A stretch of DNA of 64,000 nucleotides from contig CM059438.1 in NCBI GenBank assembly GCA_030390025.1, positions 54,376,001-54,440,000 on the forward strand, written 5' to 3'. Origin of the DNA: Squalus acanthias (taxonomy: Eukaryota). The translations under genes were made by a program, and so were the position numbers. Positions 1 to 13,326 of the stretch are shown piece by piece (position 1 is the stretch's first letter; each line of letters starts with the position of its first letter). Under the pieces are notes generated by a model. That model was not told where the DNA came from. It was given only the letters and a program-made list of their open reading frames with translations, and did not search any database.

Positions 1-1592
1 GTATTTGTTAAATGTCTCTGCCATTTCCTTATTGCCATTATAATTTCTCCTGCCTCTGCCTCTAATGGGCCCACGTTTACTTTCACTAATCTCTTCCTAT
101 TTACATACCTATAGGAACGTTTACAATCTTTTTATGTCTCTTGCTAATTTACTCTCATATTCTTTTTTCTCTTTCGTTATCAATTTCTTGGTCCTCCTTT
201 GCTGTATTCTAAAATCCTCCCAATCCTCAGGCTTACTACTCTTTTTGGCAACATTATAAGCCTCTTCCTTTGATCTAATACTATCTTTAACTCCACATCA
301 TATCTTTAACTTCTCTTGTTAGCCACGGTTGGAACACTTTTCCTGTGGTGTTTTTGTGCCTTAAAGGAATGTATATTTGTTGTAAATTATGTATTAATTC
401 TTTAAATGCTAGCCATTGCTTGTTTACCGTCATATCTTTTAATGTAATTTCCCAATCCACCTTAGCCAACTCGCCCCTCATACCTACGTAGTTGCTTTGT
501 TTATTTTTAAGACGTGAGTTTCGGACTTAACTAAATCACTTTCAAACTCAGTATAAAATGTTATCATATTATGGTCACTCTTCCCTAAAGTCCCCTTTAC
601 TACAAGGTTATTCATTAACCCTTTCTCATTGCACAATACTAGATCAAAAATAGCCTGTTCCCTAGTCGGTTTCTCAACATACTGATCTAGAAAACTATCT
701 TGTAGATTAAAGTCCCCCATGATTACTGTATTACCCTTGTTACATGTGCCTCTAATCTCCTGATTTATACTCTGCCCTACATTAGAACTACTGTTTGGAG
801 GCCTATAAACAACTCCCACCAATGTTTTCGGCCCCTTTCTGTTTCTTAGCTCCACCCAAACTGATTCTACTTCTTGATTTTCTGAGCTAAGATCCTTTCT
901 CTCTACTGTCTTTATCCCATCCTTTATTATCAGGGCTACCCCTCCTCCTTTTCCATTTTGCCTATCTCTTCTAAAAGTTAAGTATCCTGGAATATTTAGT
1001 TCCCAACCTTGGTCACTTTGCAACCACATCTCCGTAATGGCTATTAGATCAAACCTGTTAATTTCTATCTGCGCTATTAATTCATCTATTTTGTTGCGAA
1101 TGCTTTGCGCATTCAGATATAGTGCCTTTAGCTTTGACTTTTTTCTATTTTTTCCCTGATGTCACCTTAGTCACTCTCTCTGTCCCTTCCTGACCCACTC
1201 TGCTTATTTTTACCCAAAACTCTGCTCTGCTCTATAGCCTTGATATTTCTCTTGCTGCTTTTAAATTTACTCTTTCCTGAATCCTCCCCACCCCCCCCCC
1301 CCCGCATTAGTTTAAAGCCCTGTCTACTTGCCCTAGTTATTCGGTTCGCCAGGACACTGGTTCCAGTGGTTAAGTGGAGCCCATCCCAACGGAACAGCTC
1401 CTTCTTTCCCCAGTACTGGTGCCAGTGGCCCATGAATCGAAACCGCTTCCTCCCACACCACTCTTTCAGCCACGCATTTAACCTTCTAATCTGCATATCC
1501 CTATGCTAATTGGCACGTGGCTCAGGTAACAATCCAGAGATTATTACCTTTGAGGTTCTGCTTTTTAATTTGGACCCCAACTCCTCAAACTC
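1..1592 (-). mobile_element. CR1 LINE fragment: ORF1 SGNH/esterase part plus ORF2 apurinic endonuclease region, degraded
   Basis: Minus-strand ORFs contain GVVYRPPNS, IMGDFN and LGKSDHNMI (APE motifs) and LNAWLKEWC...DGLHL (CR1 ORF1 esterase); frameshifts present. Confidence 0.9.
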
Positions 1593-1596
1593 TCCA

Positions 1597-2990
1597 TCCA
1601 GTGTCACCTCATTGGAAGAACCTCTCTCACCATTGACAGATTGCTTCTGTCATCTCTACTTCACCTGCCATCTATTCCATCAACATGGGTGCCGTTTATA
1701 TTGTCTCACCTTGGTCCTTAGAATCTGACCAAAATGAGCCCTAACACCAGCAGCAGCAGGCACACCAGCAGCACCAACAACAACACCACCAACCTTCTCC
1801 GCAATCACTTGATGCTGCACAGGACAGAGGGCATCAGCACCCGAGCACATTGCTGCCAAGGTTGGGCTTATCATGCCCAGATTTACTTAACTTGACGCTG
1901 TACACCCATATAGCTGCCACATGATGCGCCAGGTTGGCACCACCCCACACCAACAACATATAGCATCCCTGCAATGACCAAACCATTCCTTTCACACTCA
2001 GCACCATGGCGGGGGTACCGTTATGTCTCTCAACTGCAACTCACTAAGCCACTTCCAAAGGTGCATACAAATGTGTCCAAGACAGGAAAGTGTTGAAAAT
2101 AAAGAATTTTATGTTTGACAGCACATTAACGGAAACTTTACATAAACTTTAGAAAAAAACACCCAAGCGGCTATCCTTGTGAATCTTTCATCTTTCTCTT
2201 CCGTGTGCTTCTACGAGGTGCTAGCCCTGTGGCTTCAGCACAGGTAGATGCAACCTGCTCACTGCCCTGCTGCCAAGGAACTGGAGAGCACCTTGCTGCA
2301 CATCAGTGGGGCCATGAGGACCCATGTCTACGCTAACATCCCTCCTAGAGAGGAGGTGTATGAGCCTCTGCCATCTATTCTCCATACACAGACATCTATC
2401 CTTCATAGAGAGCCACCTATTCTCCATAGAGACCATGTGCTCCTATGAGTGGCGCATTAGGTGGCCATCCTATCCATGGAGGAGCCTACGGTCGCCATCG
2501 CCTGCGACACGGTGGTACTCATGTTGGAGATGGACTCCTCCATTCTCTGAACATTTGCAGACATCGCGCTCGCAAAACCTGTCAGAGCCCCCTGCACTTC
2601 TTCCTGCACCTCCAGGATCGCCCTGTTTCTGGATGGCCCCCGAAGCTCAGCGTCTGCATGCAGCTGAGCAGAGCTAGCAGCGTCCTGCGCCCTCCAGCAA
2701 GGACTTTCCACTGCTGTCTCTGTCTCCACCATATGCTCTGGCGCACTTGTGAGTTGTGAGACACCAGGTGACAACACTACTCTATCTCGCGTGAAACCTA
2801 CCCAGGTGTGCATATCTGCGCTGATGCTGGGTGAGCCGTCTTCCTCTTCCTCCTGGACAGTGGGGGGCGGGGGCCTCTTCATGGACCTGTGGGAGAGTAG
2901 AGAGATGAGTTAGATATGTCATATGAAGAATGGCTACAGATACCATTAAGCATATGATGACCATTCACTAGCTGCTGACATCAGTCCCCA
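1597..2990. mobile_element. Internally deleted PIF/Harbinger remnant; minus strand carries the probable last exon of the Myb/SANT-type accessory gene
   Basis: Minus ORF 2457-2882 is acidic then coiled-coil-like and is preceded by CTAAC branch point, polypyrimidine tract and CAG acceptor (2887-2889); resembles the segment following the Harbinger transposase at 54600-54860. Confidence 0.5.
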
Positions 2991-2999
2991 TATGAGTGA

Positions 3000-4422
3000 C
3001 TGATGTATGCCATTTAGCTTCACTCCACGTGATGTCAAGAAATGGCTGAGCGCACTGGATACAGCAAAGGCTATGGGCCCCAACAACATCCCAGCTGTCG
3101 TGCTGAAGACTTGTGTTCCAGAACTAGTCGCGCCTCTGGCCAAGCTGTTCCAGTACAGCTACAACACTGGCATCTATCCAACGATGTGGAAAACTGCCCA
3201 GGTATGTCCTGCTCAAAAAAAGCAGGACAAATCCAATCCGGCCAATTACTGCCCCATCAGTCTACTCTCAATCATCAGCAAAGTGATGGAAGGTGTCATC
3301 GACACTGCTATCAAGTGGCACTTACTCACCAATAACCTGTTCACTGATGCCCAGTTTGGGTTCTGCCAAGACCACTCGGCTCCCGACCTCATTACAGCCT
3401 TGGTCCAAACATGGACAAAGGAGCTGAATTTCAGAGGTGAGGTGAGAGTGACTGCCCTTGACATCAAGGCAGCATTTAACCGAGTGTGGCATCAAGGAGC
3501 CCTAGTAAAACTGAAGTCAATGGGAATCGGGGGGGAAAACTCTCCATTGGCTGGAGTCATACCTAGCTCAAAGGAAGATGGTTGTGGTGGTTGAAGGTCA
3601 ATCATCACAGTCCCAGGACATCGCTGCAGGAGTTCCTCAGGGCAGTGTCCTAGGCCCAACCATCTTCAGCTGCTTCATCAATGACCTTCCTTCCAACGCA
3701 AGGTCAGAAATGGGGATGTTCACTGATAACTGCACAGTGTTCAGTGCCATTCACAACTCCTCAGATAATGAAGCAGTCTATGCCCGCATGCAACAAGACT
3801 TGGAAGACATTCAGGCTTGGGCTGATAAGTGGCAAGTAACATTCACGCCACACAAGTGCCAGGCAATGACTATCTCCAACAAACGAGAGTCTAACCACCG
3901 CCCCTTTACATTCAACGGCATTACCATCACCAAATGTCCCACCATCAACATCCTGGTGGGTCACCATTGACCAGAAACTTAACTGGACCAGCCACATAAA
4001 TACTGTGGCAACAAGAGCAGGTCAGAGGCTAGGTATTCTGCAGCGAGTGTCTCACCTCCTGATTACCCAAAGCCTTTCCACCGTCTACAAGGCACAGGTA
4101 AGGAGTGTGATGGAATACTCTCCACTTGCCTGGATGAGTGCAGCTCCAACAACACTCAGGAAGCTCGACACCATCCAGGACAAAGCAGCCCGCTTGATTG
4201 GCTCCCCATGCATCATCTTAAACATTCACTCCCTCCACCACCGGTGTACCGTGGCTGCAGTGTGTACCATCTACAAGATGCACTGCAGCAACTCGCCAAT
4301 GCTTCTTCGGCAGCACCTCCCAATCCCGCAACCACCACCACCTTCTCAAGGGTAACTAGGGATGGGAAATAAATGCTGGCCTTGCCAGCGACGCCCACAT
4401 CCCATGAACAAATAAAGAAAAA
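3000..4422 (+). mobile_element. 5'-truncated non-LTR retrotransposon RT (CR1-group, second family, Daphne/Crack-like unresolved)
   Basis: PISLLSIISKVME, DIKAAFNRVWH, GVPQGSVLGP motifs over three frameshifted ORFs; A-rich 3' end. Confidence 0.85.
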
Positions 4423-4443
4423 GCTGTATGATATGTAATTCAG

Positions 4444-4941
4444 CCATTTAATTGGGCTGGGTAACGACGTCACCCGACCTGCACCATTTAATTGGGCTGG
4501 GTAATAACGTCACCCGACCTGCACCATTTAATTAGGCTGGGTAACAACGTCACCCGACCTGCACCATTTAATTGGGCTGGGTAACGACGTCACCCGACCT
4601 GCACCATTTAATTGGGCTGGGTAACGACGTCACCCGACCTGCACCATTTAATTGGGCTGGGTAACAACGTCACCCGACCTGCACCATTTAATTGGGCTGG
4701 GTAACAACGTCACCCGACCTGCACCATTTAATTAGGCTGGGTAACGACGTCACCCGACCTGCACCATTTAATTGGGCTGGGTAATAACGTCACCCGACCT
4801 GCACCATTTAATTAGGCTGGGTAACAACGTCACCCGACCTGCACCATTTAATTGGGCTGGGTAACGACGTCACCCGACCTGCACCATTTAATTGGGCTGG
4901 GTAACGACGTCACCCGACCTGCACCATTTAATTGGGCTGGG
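4444..4941. repeat. 40-bp tandem repeat, about 12 copies (CCATTTAATTGGGCTGGGTAACGACGTCACCCGACCTGCA)
   Basis: Exact 40-nt period visible; a few variant positions. Confidence 0.97.
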
Positions 4942-5065
4942 CGAGCTTAATAGGTCCTATTAATGTAAAGTTGTTATATGGAGTGGGATGGAGCCAGTAA
5001 CGGGGTCGCGACCCGACATAGCCACCATCTGCACCGGACCCGCCCAGGTAAAAAAAATTCCGGCC

Positions 5066-5891
5066 ATTGTCTTCGGTTCACGCCACAAACTCCGTTCCCT
5101 AGCCACTGACTCCATTCCTCTCACTGGCCACTGTCTGAGGCTGAACCACACTGTTCGCAACCTTGGTGTCATATTTGATCCTGAAATGAGCTTCTGACCA
5201 CAGATGCGCAGCATAACTAAGACCGCCTATTTCCACCTCTGTAACGTCGTCCGTCTCCGCCCCTGCTTCAGCTCATCTGCTGCTGAAACCCTCATCCATG
5301 CCGTTGTTACCTCTAGACTTGACTATTCCAACACACTCCTGGCTGGCCTCCCACCTTGCACCCTCTGTAAACTTGAGGTCATCCAAAACTCGGCTGCCCG
5401 TGTCCTAACTCACACCAAGTTCCGTTCACCCATCACACCTGTGCTCGCTGACCTACATTGGCTCCCGGTCCAGCAACACCTCGATTTTAAAATTCTCATC
5501 CTTGTTTTCAAATCCCTCCATGGCCTCGCCCCGCCCTATCTCTGTAACCTCCTTCAGCCCCTCAACGTCCCCCCCCCGAGATATCTGAGATATCTGCACT
5601 TCTCTAATTCTGCCCTCTTGCGCATCCCCAATTTCAATTGCTCTACCATTGGTAGCCGTGCCTTCAGCTGCCAAGGCCCTAAGCTCTGGAATTCCCTCCC
5701 TAAACCTCTCCGCCTCTCTACCTCTCTCTCATCCTTTAAGACGCTCTTTAAAACCTACCTCTTTGAACAAGCTTTTGGTTATCTGTCCTAATATCTCCTT
5801 ATGTGTGTGGCTTGGTGTTCGATAACGCTCCTGTGAAGTGTTTTGGGACATTTTACTACGTTAAAGGCTCTATATAAATGTAAGTTGTTGT
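5066..5891 (+). mobile_element. L2 LINE 3' fragment
   Basis: SRLDYSN...IQNSAARVL...LHWLPV...LWNSLP; L2-type tail TATAAATGTAAGTTGTTG. Confidence 0.88.
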
Positions 5892-6887
5892 AAATATTAA
5901 AATTCGTATGCAGGTTGCTTGAAAAATTGAAAACTACTTTGTAAATATTTCCATCAAAGATTGTCTTGTTAAAATTTCAATAACTACCCATGTCATTCCC
6001 CTTTGATGGCAGTGGATGGAGCTCAAATTATTCATCACATGCACGTCATGGTTGACTGCCACACCACAATGTTATTTCCCCCCACGCCCCACAAATCATT
6101 CAAAATGATTTCTGGAAAAATTTTCGGCTACCTATTTTTCCCTCGGTATTTGAAATTTCTAATACCCAAAATAGGGTTTTCAATAAAATTCAAAAAATGA
6201 AATATTTCACAACAATCTGATTCAATTGATCCAGTTAATTGTATATTAGAGCCGTCATGAGTAGTTTTACATGAAAGCTTCAGCCTCTCCCAAATTCTCT
6301 CCAAGCCTTGGATTTGATATTTTTGCCCAGAAATGTGATTCTGTTAGCTGAATGCACTTTGTGCAGTCTGAGCATTTGCAGTGCACCGACCTTCCCAGGA
6401 TGCACCAATAGCATTTCATCAGCTGAACTGCTAGAATATTTTTCTTTAGATTTTAGCTAAATTTCTGCTCATTTTTTTTTCAAAATTATGGGAAGAAAAA
6501 CTAGAGGACAATTTTTTTTAAATTTTAAAGTTTATTTTACCTTTTTTTATAAGAGAGATACGTGACCGAGTTTACTTATTACATGCCTGTTGTAGCATTT
6601 GTCTTATGTTCTGTAAACTTCAGAAAACATATTAGCTGGGAGAGAAAGAGACAGCGCTCCCCGCAACTTCATGTGTAAACGGGATCCTGGCGAACTTCTG
6701 CCAATGTTACGAGAGCAGAGTGGGAAATGTTCTGAGGAAATTCACCCCCAGTGTCTTTCTTCATCTTAATTTTAGTTATTTTCTTCAAAAAAAAATTGAA
6801 GCCTCTGATTATTTTGATGACAGATAGAAAATGTAATCATTCTAATTACTGAGACCATTGAGGCAGAGAAAGGCAAAGTATCTTTCC

Positions 6888-7969
6888 CAAATAATAACAG
6901 AAAATGCTGGAAACACTCAGCAGGTCAGGTAGCATCGTGGAGAGAGAAACAGAGTTAACGTTTCGGGTCGATGACCCTTCGCCAGAACTGGTAAAGGTTA
7001 GAGAAGTAACAGATTTTTAAGCAAGTGTGGGGCAGGGACAGGGAGGAGGGGAGGAAAGAACAAAAGGGAAGGTCTGTGATAGGATGGAAGGCAGGAGAGA
7101 TTAAAAGACAAAAGGGATGATGGTGCAAGGCAAAAGGAATGGTAATGAGACAAGTTAAGAAACAAAAGATGACTAGATGAGGTGTAAATGGCGATGGCAG
7201 AATCATCAACAGCTGCCATGTGAGAAAAAAAAGGGGGGGAAATAATATAGGGGCCAAGGTTATAGTCTGAAATTGTTGAACTCGATGTTGAGTCCAGAAG
7301 ACTGTAAAGTACCTAATCGAAAGATGAGGTGCTGTTCCTCGAGCTTACGTTGGAATAGTGCAAGAGGCCGAGGACGGAGAGATCAGAGTGGGAGTGGAGC
7401 GGAGAATTCAAGTGACAGGTGACCGGAAGCTCGGGGTCATGCTTACGGACTGAACAAAGGTGTTCCGCAAAGCGGTCACCCAATCTGCGTTTGGTCTCCC
7501 CAACCGTGAATAGCAAATACAGTATACTAAATTGTGAGAAGTACAAGTAAATTGCTGTTTCACCTGGAAGGAGTGTTTGGGGCCCTGGATAGTGGGAAGG
7601 GAAGAGGTAAAAGGGCAGGTGTTGCATCTCCTGCGCTAGCACTGGAAGGTACTGTGGAAAGGGGAAGGGGTGTTGGGGGTGATAGAAGAGTGGACTAGGG
7701 TGTCGCGGAGGGAGCGGTCCCTTCGAAATGCTGAAAGGGGGGTGGGGAGGGGAAGATGTGTTTGGTGGTGGTATCACGCCGGAGGTGGCGGAAATGGCGG
7801 AGGATGATCCGTTGAATGTGGAGGCTGTTGGGGTGAAAAGTGAGGACAAGGGGAACGTGGTTCTGGGAGGGAGGGGAATGGGTGAGAGCAGAAGTGCGGG
7901 AAATGGAACAGACACGGTCGAGGGCCATGTCAACCACGGTAGAGGGGAATCCTCGGTTGAGGAAAAAGG
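6888..7969 (-). mobile_element. Penelope-like element 3' fragment (GIY-YIG endonuclease) with 12-bp TSD
   Basis: VGETKRRLGDRFAEHL motif; AAGTATCTTTCC at 6876-6887 and 7970-7981; degenerate hammerhead core near 6951-6990. Confidence 0.85.
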
Positions 7970-9914
7970 AAGTATCTTTCCTCGTCGTTATTTAGTTTAC
8001 TTTCTTAAAACACAAGTAAGTTAAATTATGAAAGTAAATAAAGTCTCTGAGGAAATTAAAGGGAGGGGAGGCACCCTCCTTTGGGAGTAGTGAGGTGTGA
8101 TTGGATGCAGGGCTATGAGTTAGACAAGTGATACCGGAGCAAAGGGGAGGGCAGGATACAGGGCTTGAGGGAAGAGGTAAGGGTAGTGTTGGGAGTGAGG
8201 GGTGGCAGGAAGGGAAGGAGTAGCGGGATGGCAAAGGGGTAGGGGACACATAGGAGTGAGGGTGTGTGGAAAGTGCAAATGATGGAGGAAGGGGATGGGA
8301 AAGGGAGCTGCTGAGGACCTCATTTTCCCTGCAATTCCAACCAGAAAATGCAGCCAGCAGCTGTTCAAGTTCTTTTCTCCAGAACACCATGCCATTCAAT
8401 ACCTCCCACCTTAAAGGAAAGAAAAGGAAGCGAGTGAGAAGCAGAAGAGGACAGTGAAAGCTGCAAAAATGAGTTAGGGAGAGGGAAGCAGAAAAGGAGA
8501 GAGGCAGAATAGAAAAAATAGAGAGAAACAGCACAAGTCACCTGGCTGGTTTTCGCTTCATTTTACCTTCTCAGTAGGTAAGTTTTTTATTTATTTAATA
8601 ATATATTAATAATTTTAAGCCTCTTGCTGCTTCCCCATCTATGCCCCACTCCTATCAAACTCCCAGCTGGTTTTCTGTATCCTTTGTCAACCTTCCACTG
8701 TTCCTGCCCCACTCTTCCACCCCCCCCCCCCCTATGCCAGCCTTCACAGCCTCTACCAACCTTTGATTCTACAGCCTCTCCCAGTTTTGTTCCTGCCATT
8801 CCCGACCCTGCACCGCTCCTGTCTCACACCTAGACTTGGTTTCTGTTGCCTCTGGCCCTACCCCACTCCCTCTAGCACCCCTGGCTCTGCCACACACCCC
8901 TCAAGCACCCTGTCCCGCTCCCCTGCCTCCCCCATGGCCTTTGTTTCTGTTGTCCTTAGCCCTGCCCCACTCTCCTTGAGCACCCAAGCCCTGCCCCGCT
9001 CCCCTCCATTGCCCCCTGACCCCTCTGTTGCCCCTGGCCCTGCCAGGATCCCCACCAGGGCCTCTGGCCTTAGTTGCTTCTGTGCCTTGCCCCACTTCTT
9101 TAAGAAAACAGACTGTCCTGGCCTCGAGCATCCTGCTCCTTTATTTAAAATAGAAAATAACCTTTTTAAAAAAAGCAACAACATTTCAGGCTCAGCCTCT
9201 GGCCGCCATCCCAACTTTCCAGCCCACTCCCCCCATTCATTAGCCCCACTACTCCAACCTCAAATGGGAGTGCTCCAATCCCACTCCCCTTTAATAGTCT
9301 TTGTTTCAATCTGCTCCCAGATCCGGGCCCACTACCTCCTCGAAAATCCTGTTCTTTACATTCCAGAAATGCCTCCGATCCTCTAAGCCTGTTTACGCCA
9401 GTACTCGTGACTCACTTTCCTCTACATAACTTTCCCTCACCTCTCAAATATCTACAACACTCCAACCCGCTTCCATTAAAAATCTTGGTCCTCTCCACAC
9501 TCCTCTCATGCTACTCCTTTCTCACATTACTCCGCTCCTGCTCCCTATATAGAAAAAAGTTTCCAACACATTACGTATTAAAAGATTATGCACACATTTC
9601 CTCTAAGTATCGCACTTATTTCCTGTCATACTTCAGATATAAAATGTTACCATATCCTGATGCGCCATGAGCAATGCCACGGGAGATCAATTAGTATTAT
9701 AAAACCGTTAGAAGCAGTTTCATAATTAAGTAGGTCTGGTTGTTGCCAAATTAAGCAACCTATTTTTAAAATGCTTTCAGCCACCATCTTGGTTTCTCAG
9801 TAACCCAAGGGCATAGTGCTAACAATTATCACTGAACATAAAAAAAATTCTCAAAGATATTACTCAACTTAGGCATAAACTTAACTTTTTCAGAATTTTC
9901 ATTTCAGACTTGCC

Positions 9915-10110
9915 TCCTTTCAGATGAGACATTAAACTGAGGTCCTGTCTCCCTGTTCAGGTGCATTAAAGATGCCCAGGCACTGTTTGAAGAGTAGGAG
10001 TTCTCCTGGTATCTTGACCAACATTCCTTTCTCAACCAACATCACCAGAAATGACATTAACTAGTCATTCATCTGATTTGCTGTTTGTATGACTTTGCTT
10101 TACACAAATT
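9915..10110 (+). mobile_element. Degenerate Deu-domain SINE fragment
   Basis: Similar to the SINE bodies at 42011-42323 and 60973-61443. Confidence 0.65.
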
Positions 10111-10808
10111 GAGCACCACCAAACAGCTTCAGATGATTTGAGGATGTGGTTGCTCAAACAGTTGGGTGACTGTACTCATCATTTTGTGGCATCGCGAGCC
10201 CCAGGAAACTGTTGAATGGGTGGGACCTTGAATGCCCCCATGCTGTTCATCATCCACTATGTTTAAACCAGTGAGCAGCTTGAGTATGGCTCTGTGCTCT
10301 GCTGGAGTATGGCTTTGCATAGTAACCAATGAAAGCTATAGCGTTGTGTGAGGCTTTTACAGGGGCCAGCAACAAACGTGTAGCAGCTTGAAAGGCAGTA
10401 CTTTCAAGCATTCATACTTTGGGGCATCTACCTAGTAAATGGTATCATAGAATGATACAGCACAGAAGGAGGTCATTCGGCCCATCGTGCCTGTGCTGGC
10501 CATTTGAAAGAGCTATCCAATTAGTCCCATACCCTTCAGGTATTTGTCCAATTCCCTTTTGCAAGTTATTATTAAATCCGCTTCCACCACCCTTTCAGGC
10601 AGCGTGTTCCAAATCACAACAACTCACTGCGTTTTCCTTATCTCACCTCTGGTTCTTTTGCCAATTACATTAATTCTGAGTCCTCTGGTTACCAACCCTT
10701 CTGCCACTGGAAACAGTTTCTCATTTACTCTATCAAAACTCTTCATGATTTTGAACACTTCTACTAAAGCTCCCCTTAACCTTCTCTGCTCTAAGGAGAA
10801 CAACCTCA

Positions 10809-11701
10809 GGGGGAAAAATTCAGTTGGTTGCGCCTCCCGTTAGCGCCTTAAGAGGGCGCTAATGGGGCGCAAAGCATCTAGCGCCCAGGCGCGGCGAAGT
10901 TTGCGCCGCTCGCGAAATTAACTAGACATTTTGCGGCGGCGCTAAACACTACCGCCACGATCTCCTGCGCCGGCAGATCATGACGTCACTCGAGTGCACA
11001 ATGCCCCGGTATCGCCCCGGAGCGGATATTAAGTGGCGCCCCCTGCCTTACCGCCTGACGCTAGCAACGACAGGTTGAGGGGAGCGTTCTGCAGTCATGA
11101 AGGGAAAGGGGGAGCGCTATTTAAAGGTGTCCGCTTCCTGCCTTTTATTGTTGGTGCCATTTTTGAACTACGCATTCTGAGAGAGAGAGGGAGAGACTTC
11201 TGGAGAGATTCAACGTTGTGTGAAGGAGTTTTGGGTACTGAGCAGCACTTTGCAGGTTCATTTTGATTTGCCATTCCTTGTATCGATTTAGCAGAGACTG
11301 TGGGGGCTGCACTCTGAGCTCTTTGCCTGGTACTCTCCATTGTTCTTTCCAGCACATTTGATGTGCAGGTCTCTCCAGGCCGAGATTCAAGGCTGCAATG
11401 AGCAGGATGTGGATGGAAAGCAAGATTAACCATCCCCTTTAAGAACTGGCCCGTGCCATTGTGTGTGTGTTCCATTGCTGACTGACATTACATGAGCTTC
11501 GCCAGCGCTCTGAGGTAACGCCTCGCTCCTCGGCATTTGTGCCTTAAGACAGGTGTGAAGCGCCTGATATAGCGCTGCATTCACCTCCAGGGGCGATAAA
11601 AGTCAAGTTTGCAGTCGGTGGCGATAATTAGCGCCAGGCGCTAATCTTTGCGCCCGGCCGATAATTGCGCCCCAAATGGGGCGATACTGAATTTCTCCCC
11701 C
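10809..11701. mobile_element. Harbinger-type MITE family A, copy 1
   Basis: TIR GGGGGAAAAATTCAGT / ACTGAATTTCTCCCCC; 3-bp TSD TCA; inverted copy at 47739-48616. Confidence 0.9.
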
Positions 11702-11896
11702 TCAGCTTCTCTAGTCTCTCCACATAACTGAAGTCTCGCATCCCTGGTACCATTCTAGTAAATCTCCTCTGGGCCCTCTCTAAGGCCTTGACATCCTTCC
11801 TAAAGTGTGGTGTCCAGAATTGGGCACAATAATCCAACTGGGGCGTTACCAGTGACTTATAAAGGTTTAGCATAACTTTCTTGCTTTTGTATTCTA

Positions 11897-12734
11897 GGGG
11901 CTGGATTTTGTGAATGGAGACGAGTTGGAGGCAGGACTGCTGCTTGTCGTGTCAATGTCCCGCCTCCATCCTCGCCTGACCAACCAGAGAGATTTTCCCC
12001 TGATTGAGCTTGTTAAGCCCGCCCTGCGGGCTCAGCAGGCCAATTAGGGAGGAAGTCACTGACAGATCATGTCAACGTCAGACGTGCTATCTGTCAAGAC
12101 TTCTTGAAAGAAGAAATGTCAGCGTTTGACAGCTCTGTGAAGCTGACATTCTCTTTAGTTTGATGAACCCTTGTGTTCAGGACTCATCAAACCTTTCAAA
12201 TTTGTAAATTTTACATGGCTGTTGGTTCGGAGGTTCCAACAGCCAGTCTGTGAAATTAACAAGCAGGATGTTGGCTCTCCCAATCCACCGCGGCTAAAGG
12301 CTGTAGGAAGAAAACAAGGTAAGTGAACACTTTTTTAAACTTATCACTCACCTTGCATGCTTACCACTCCACACTTGCACCCATCACTCACCTCTACATC
12401 TTACTTCCAGGTGCCTCCGACCGCCGCAGACCTCCTCCACGTCTCCTCCAACCCGACGGGGTTCTCCGAGGTTGGGAAGCCTTCATCTGTGAAGGTAAAA
12501 TGGCACCAATTCTTTTTTTCTGCCTGTTAACTACCTGTTAACAGGCAGTTAAAAGGATTAAATGCCTTTCCCACCTCCAAGAGATGGGACCCGAAGCTGC
12601 ACATCTTCCCGCCTCCTGGAAAAAGGGCACGGAGGCGGGATGGGAGCGGGTTTGCCATCCGCCCCCACTTTCTCCGAGTTTACCGGCTGTCCCGCCTCCA
12701 TGCCCGCCTCCTCGGGGCTTGGAAAATCCAGCCC
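11897..12734. mobile_element. Harbinger-type MITE (GGGGCTGGATTTT TIR family)
   Basis: TIRs GGGCTGGATTTT / AAAATCCAGCCC interrupting the CR1; TSD imperfect. Confidence 0.78.
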
Positions 12735-13326
12735 TGTGCCTCTGTTTATAAAGCCAAGGATCCCGTATGCTTTTTTAACAGCCTTCTCAACTTGCTGTGC
12801 CACCTTCAAAGATTTGTGTATGTACACCCCCAGTCTTCTCTGTTTCTACACCATCTTTAAAATTGTACCATTTAGTTTATATTGCCAGTCCTCATTCTTC
12901 CTACCAATATGCATCACTTCACACTGCTTGGCATTAAACTGTATCTGCCTTTTGTATGCCCATTTCACCAGTCTGTCTATGTCCTCCTGAAATCTGTTAC
13001 TATCCTGCTCAGTTTATTACATTTCCCAGTTTCTTGTCATCTACAAACTTTGAAATTGTGTCCTGTTTACCCAAGTCTAGGTCATCGCAGTGATTATCTG
13101 CACGAACATTCTGCACGTCTTTCCACGCTTGCGCACAGTATCCTGCAGCCACGCATGTGCACCCGATCCCCTTCTGTGCATGTGCGCAGTTACCAAGGCC
13201 GCGCATGCACAGTACCCCCCCCCAGTTGCAGCCGCGCTTTCTTCAGATTCGTGGGAGAAGGTCGCTGGCTCCGTGCTGGCCGGGGGGAGAGAGAGAGGAT
13301 CAAAAGGGGAGAGAGAGTTCAGTTCA

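Noticed and set aside
4444..4941. CRISPR-like appearance of palindromic 40-bp repeats (also the 29-bp array at 33013)
   Set aside because: Units are contiguous with no unique spacers, there are no cas genes, and the context is vertebrate
8280..8530. Minus-strand polypyrimidine tract and acceptor near 8411 as a host exon
   Set aside because: No recognisable protein in any frame and no clear donor; low-complexity context
8763..9386. 207-aa Pro-rich ORF
   Set aside because: Arises from C-rich low-complexity sequence with no ATG start or domain
10129..10440. Possible exon in a unique-looking segment
   Set aside because: Frames are short and unrecognisable, with no match to the expected penultimate TSPAN15 exon
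11145..11423. ORF repeated at 48011-48319 as a conserved small gene
   Set aside because: Identity reflects two copies of the same MITE, and the ORF ends differ by frameshift
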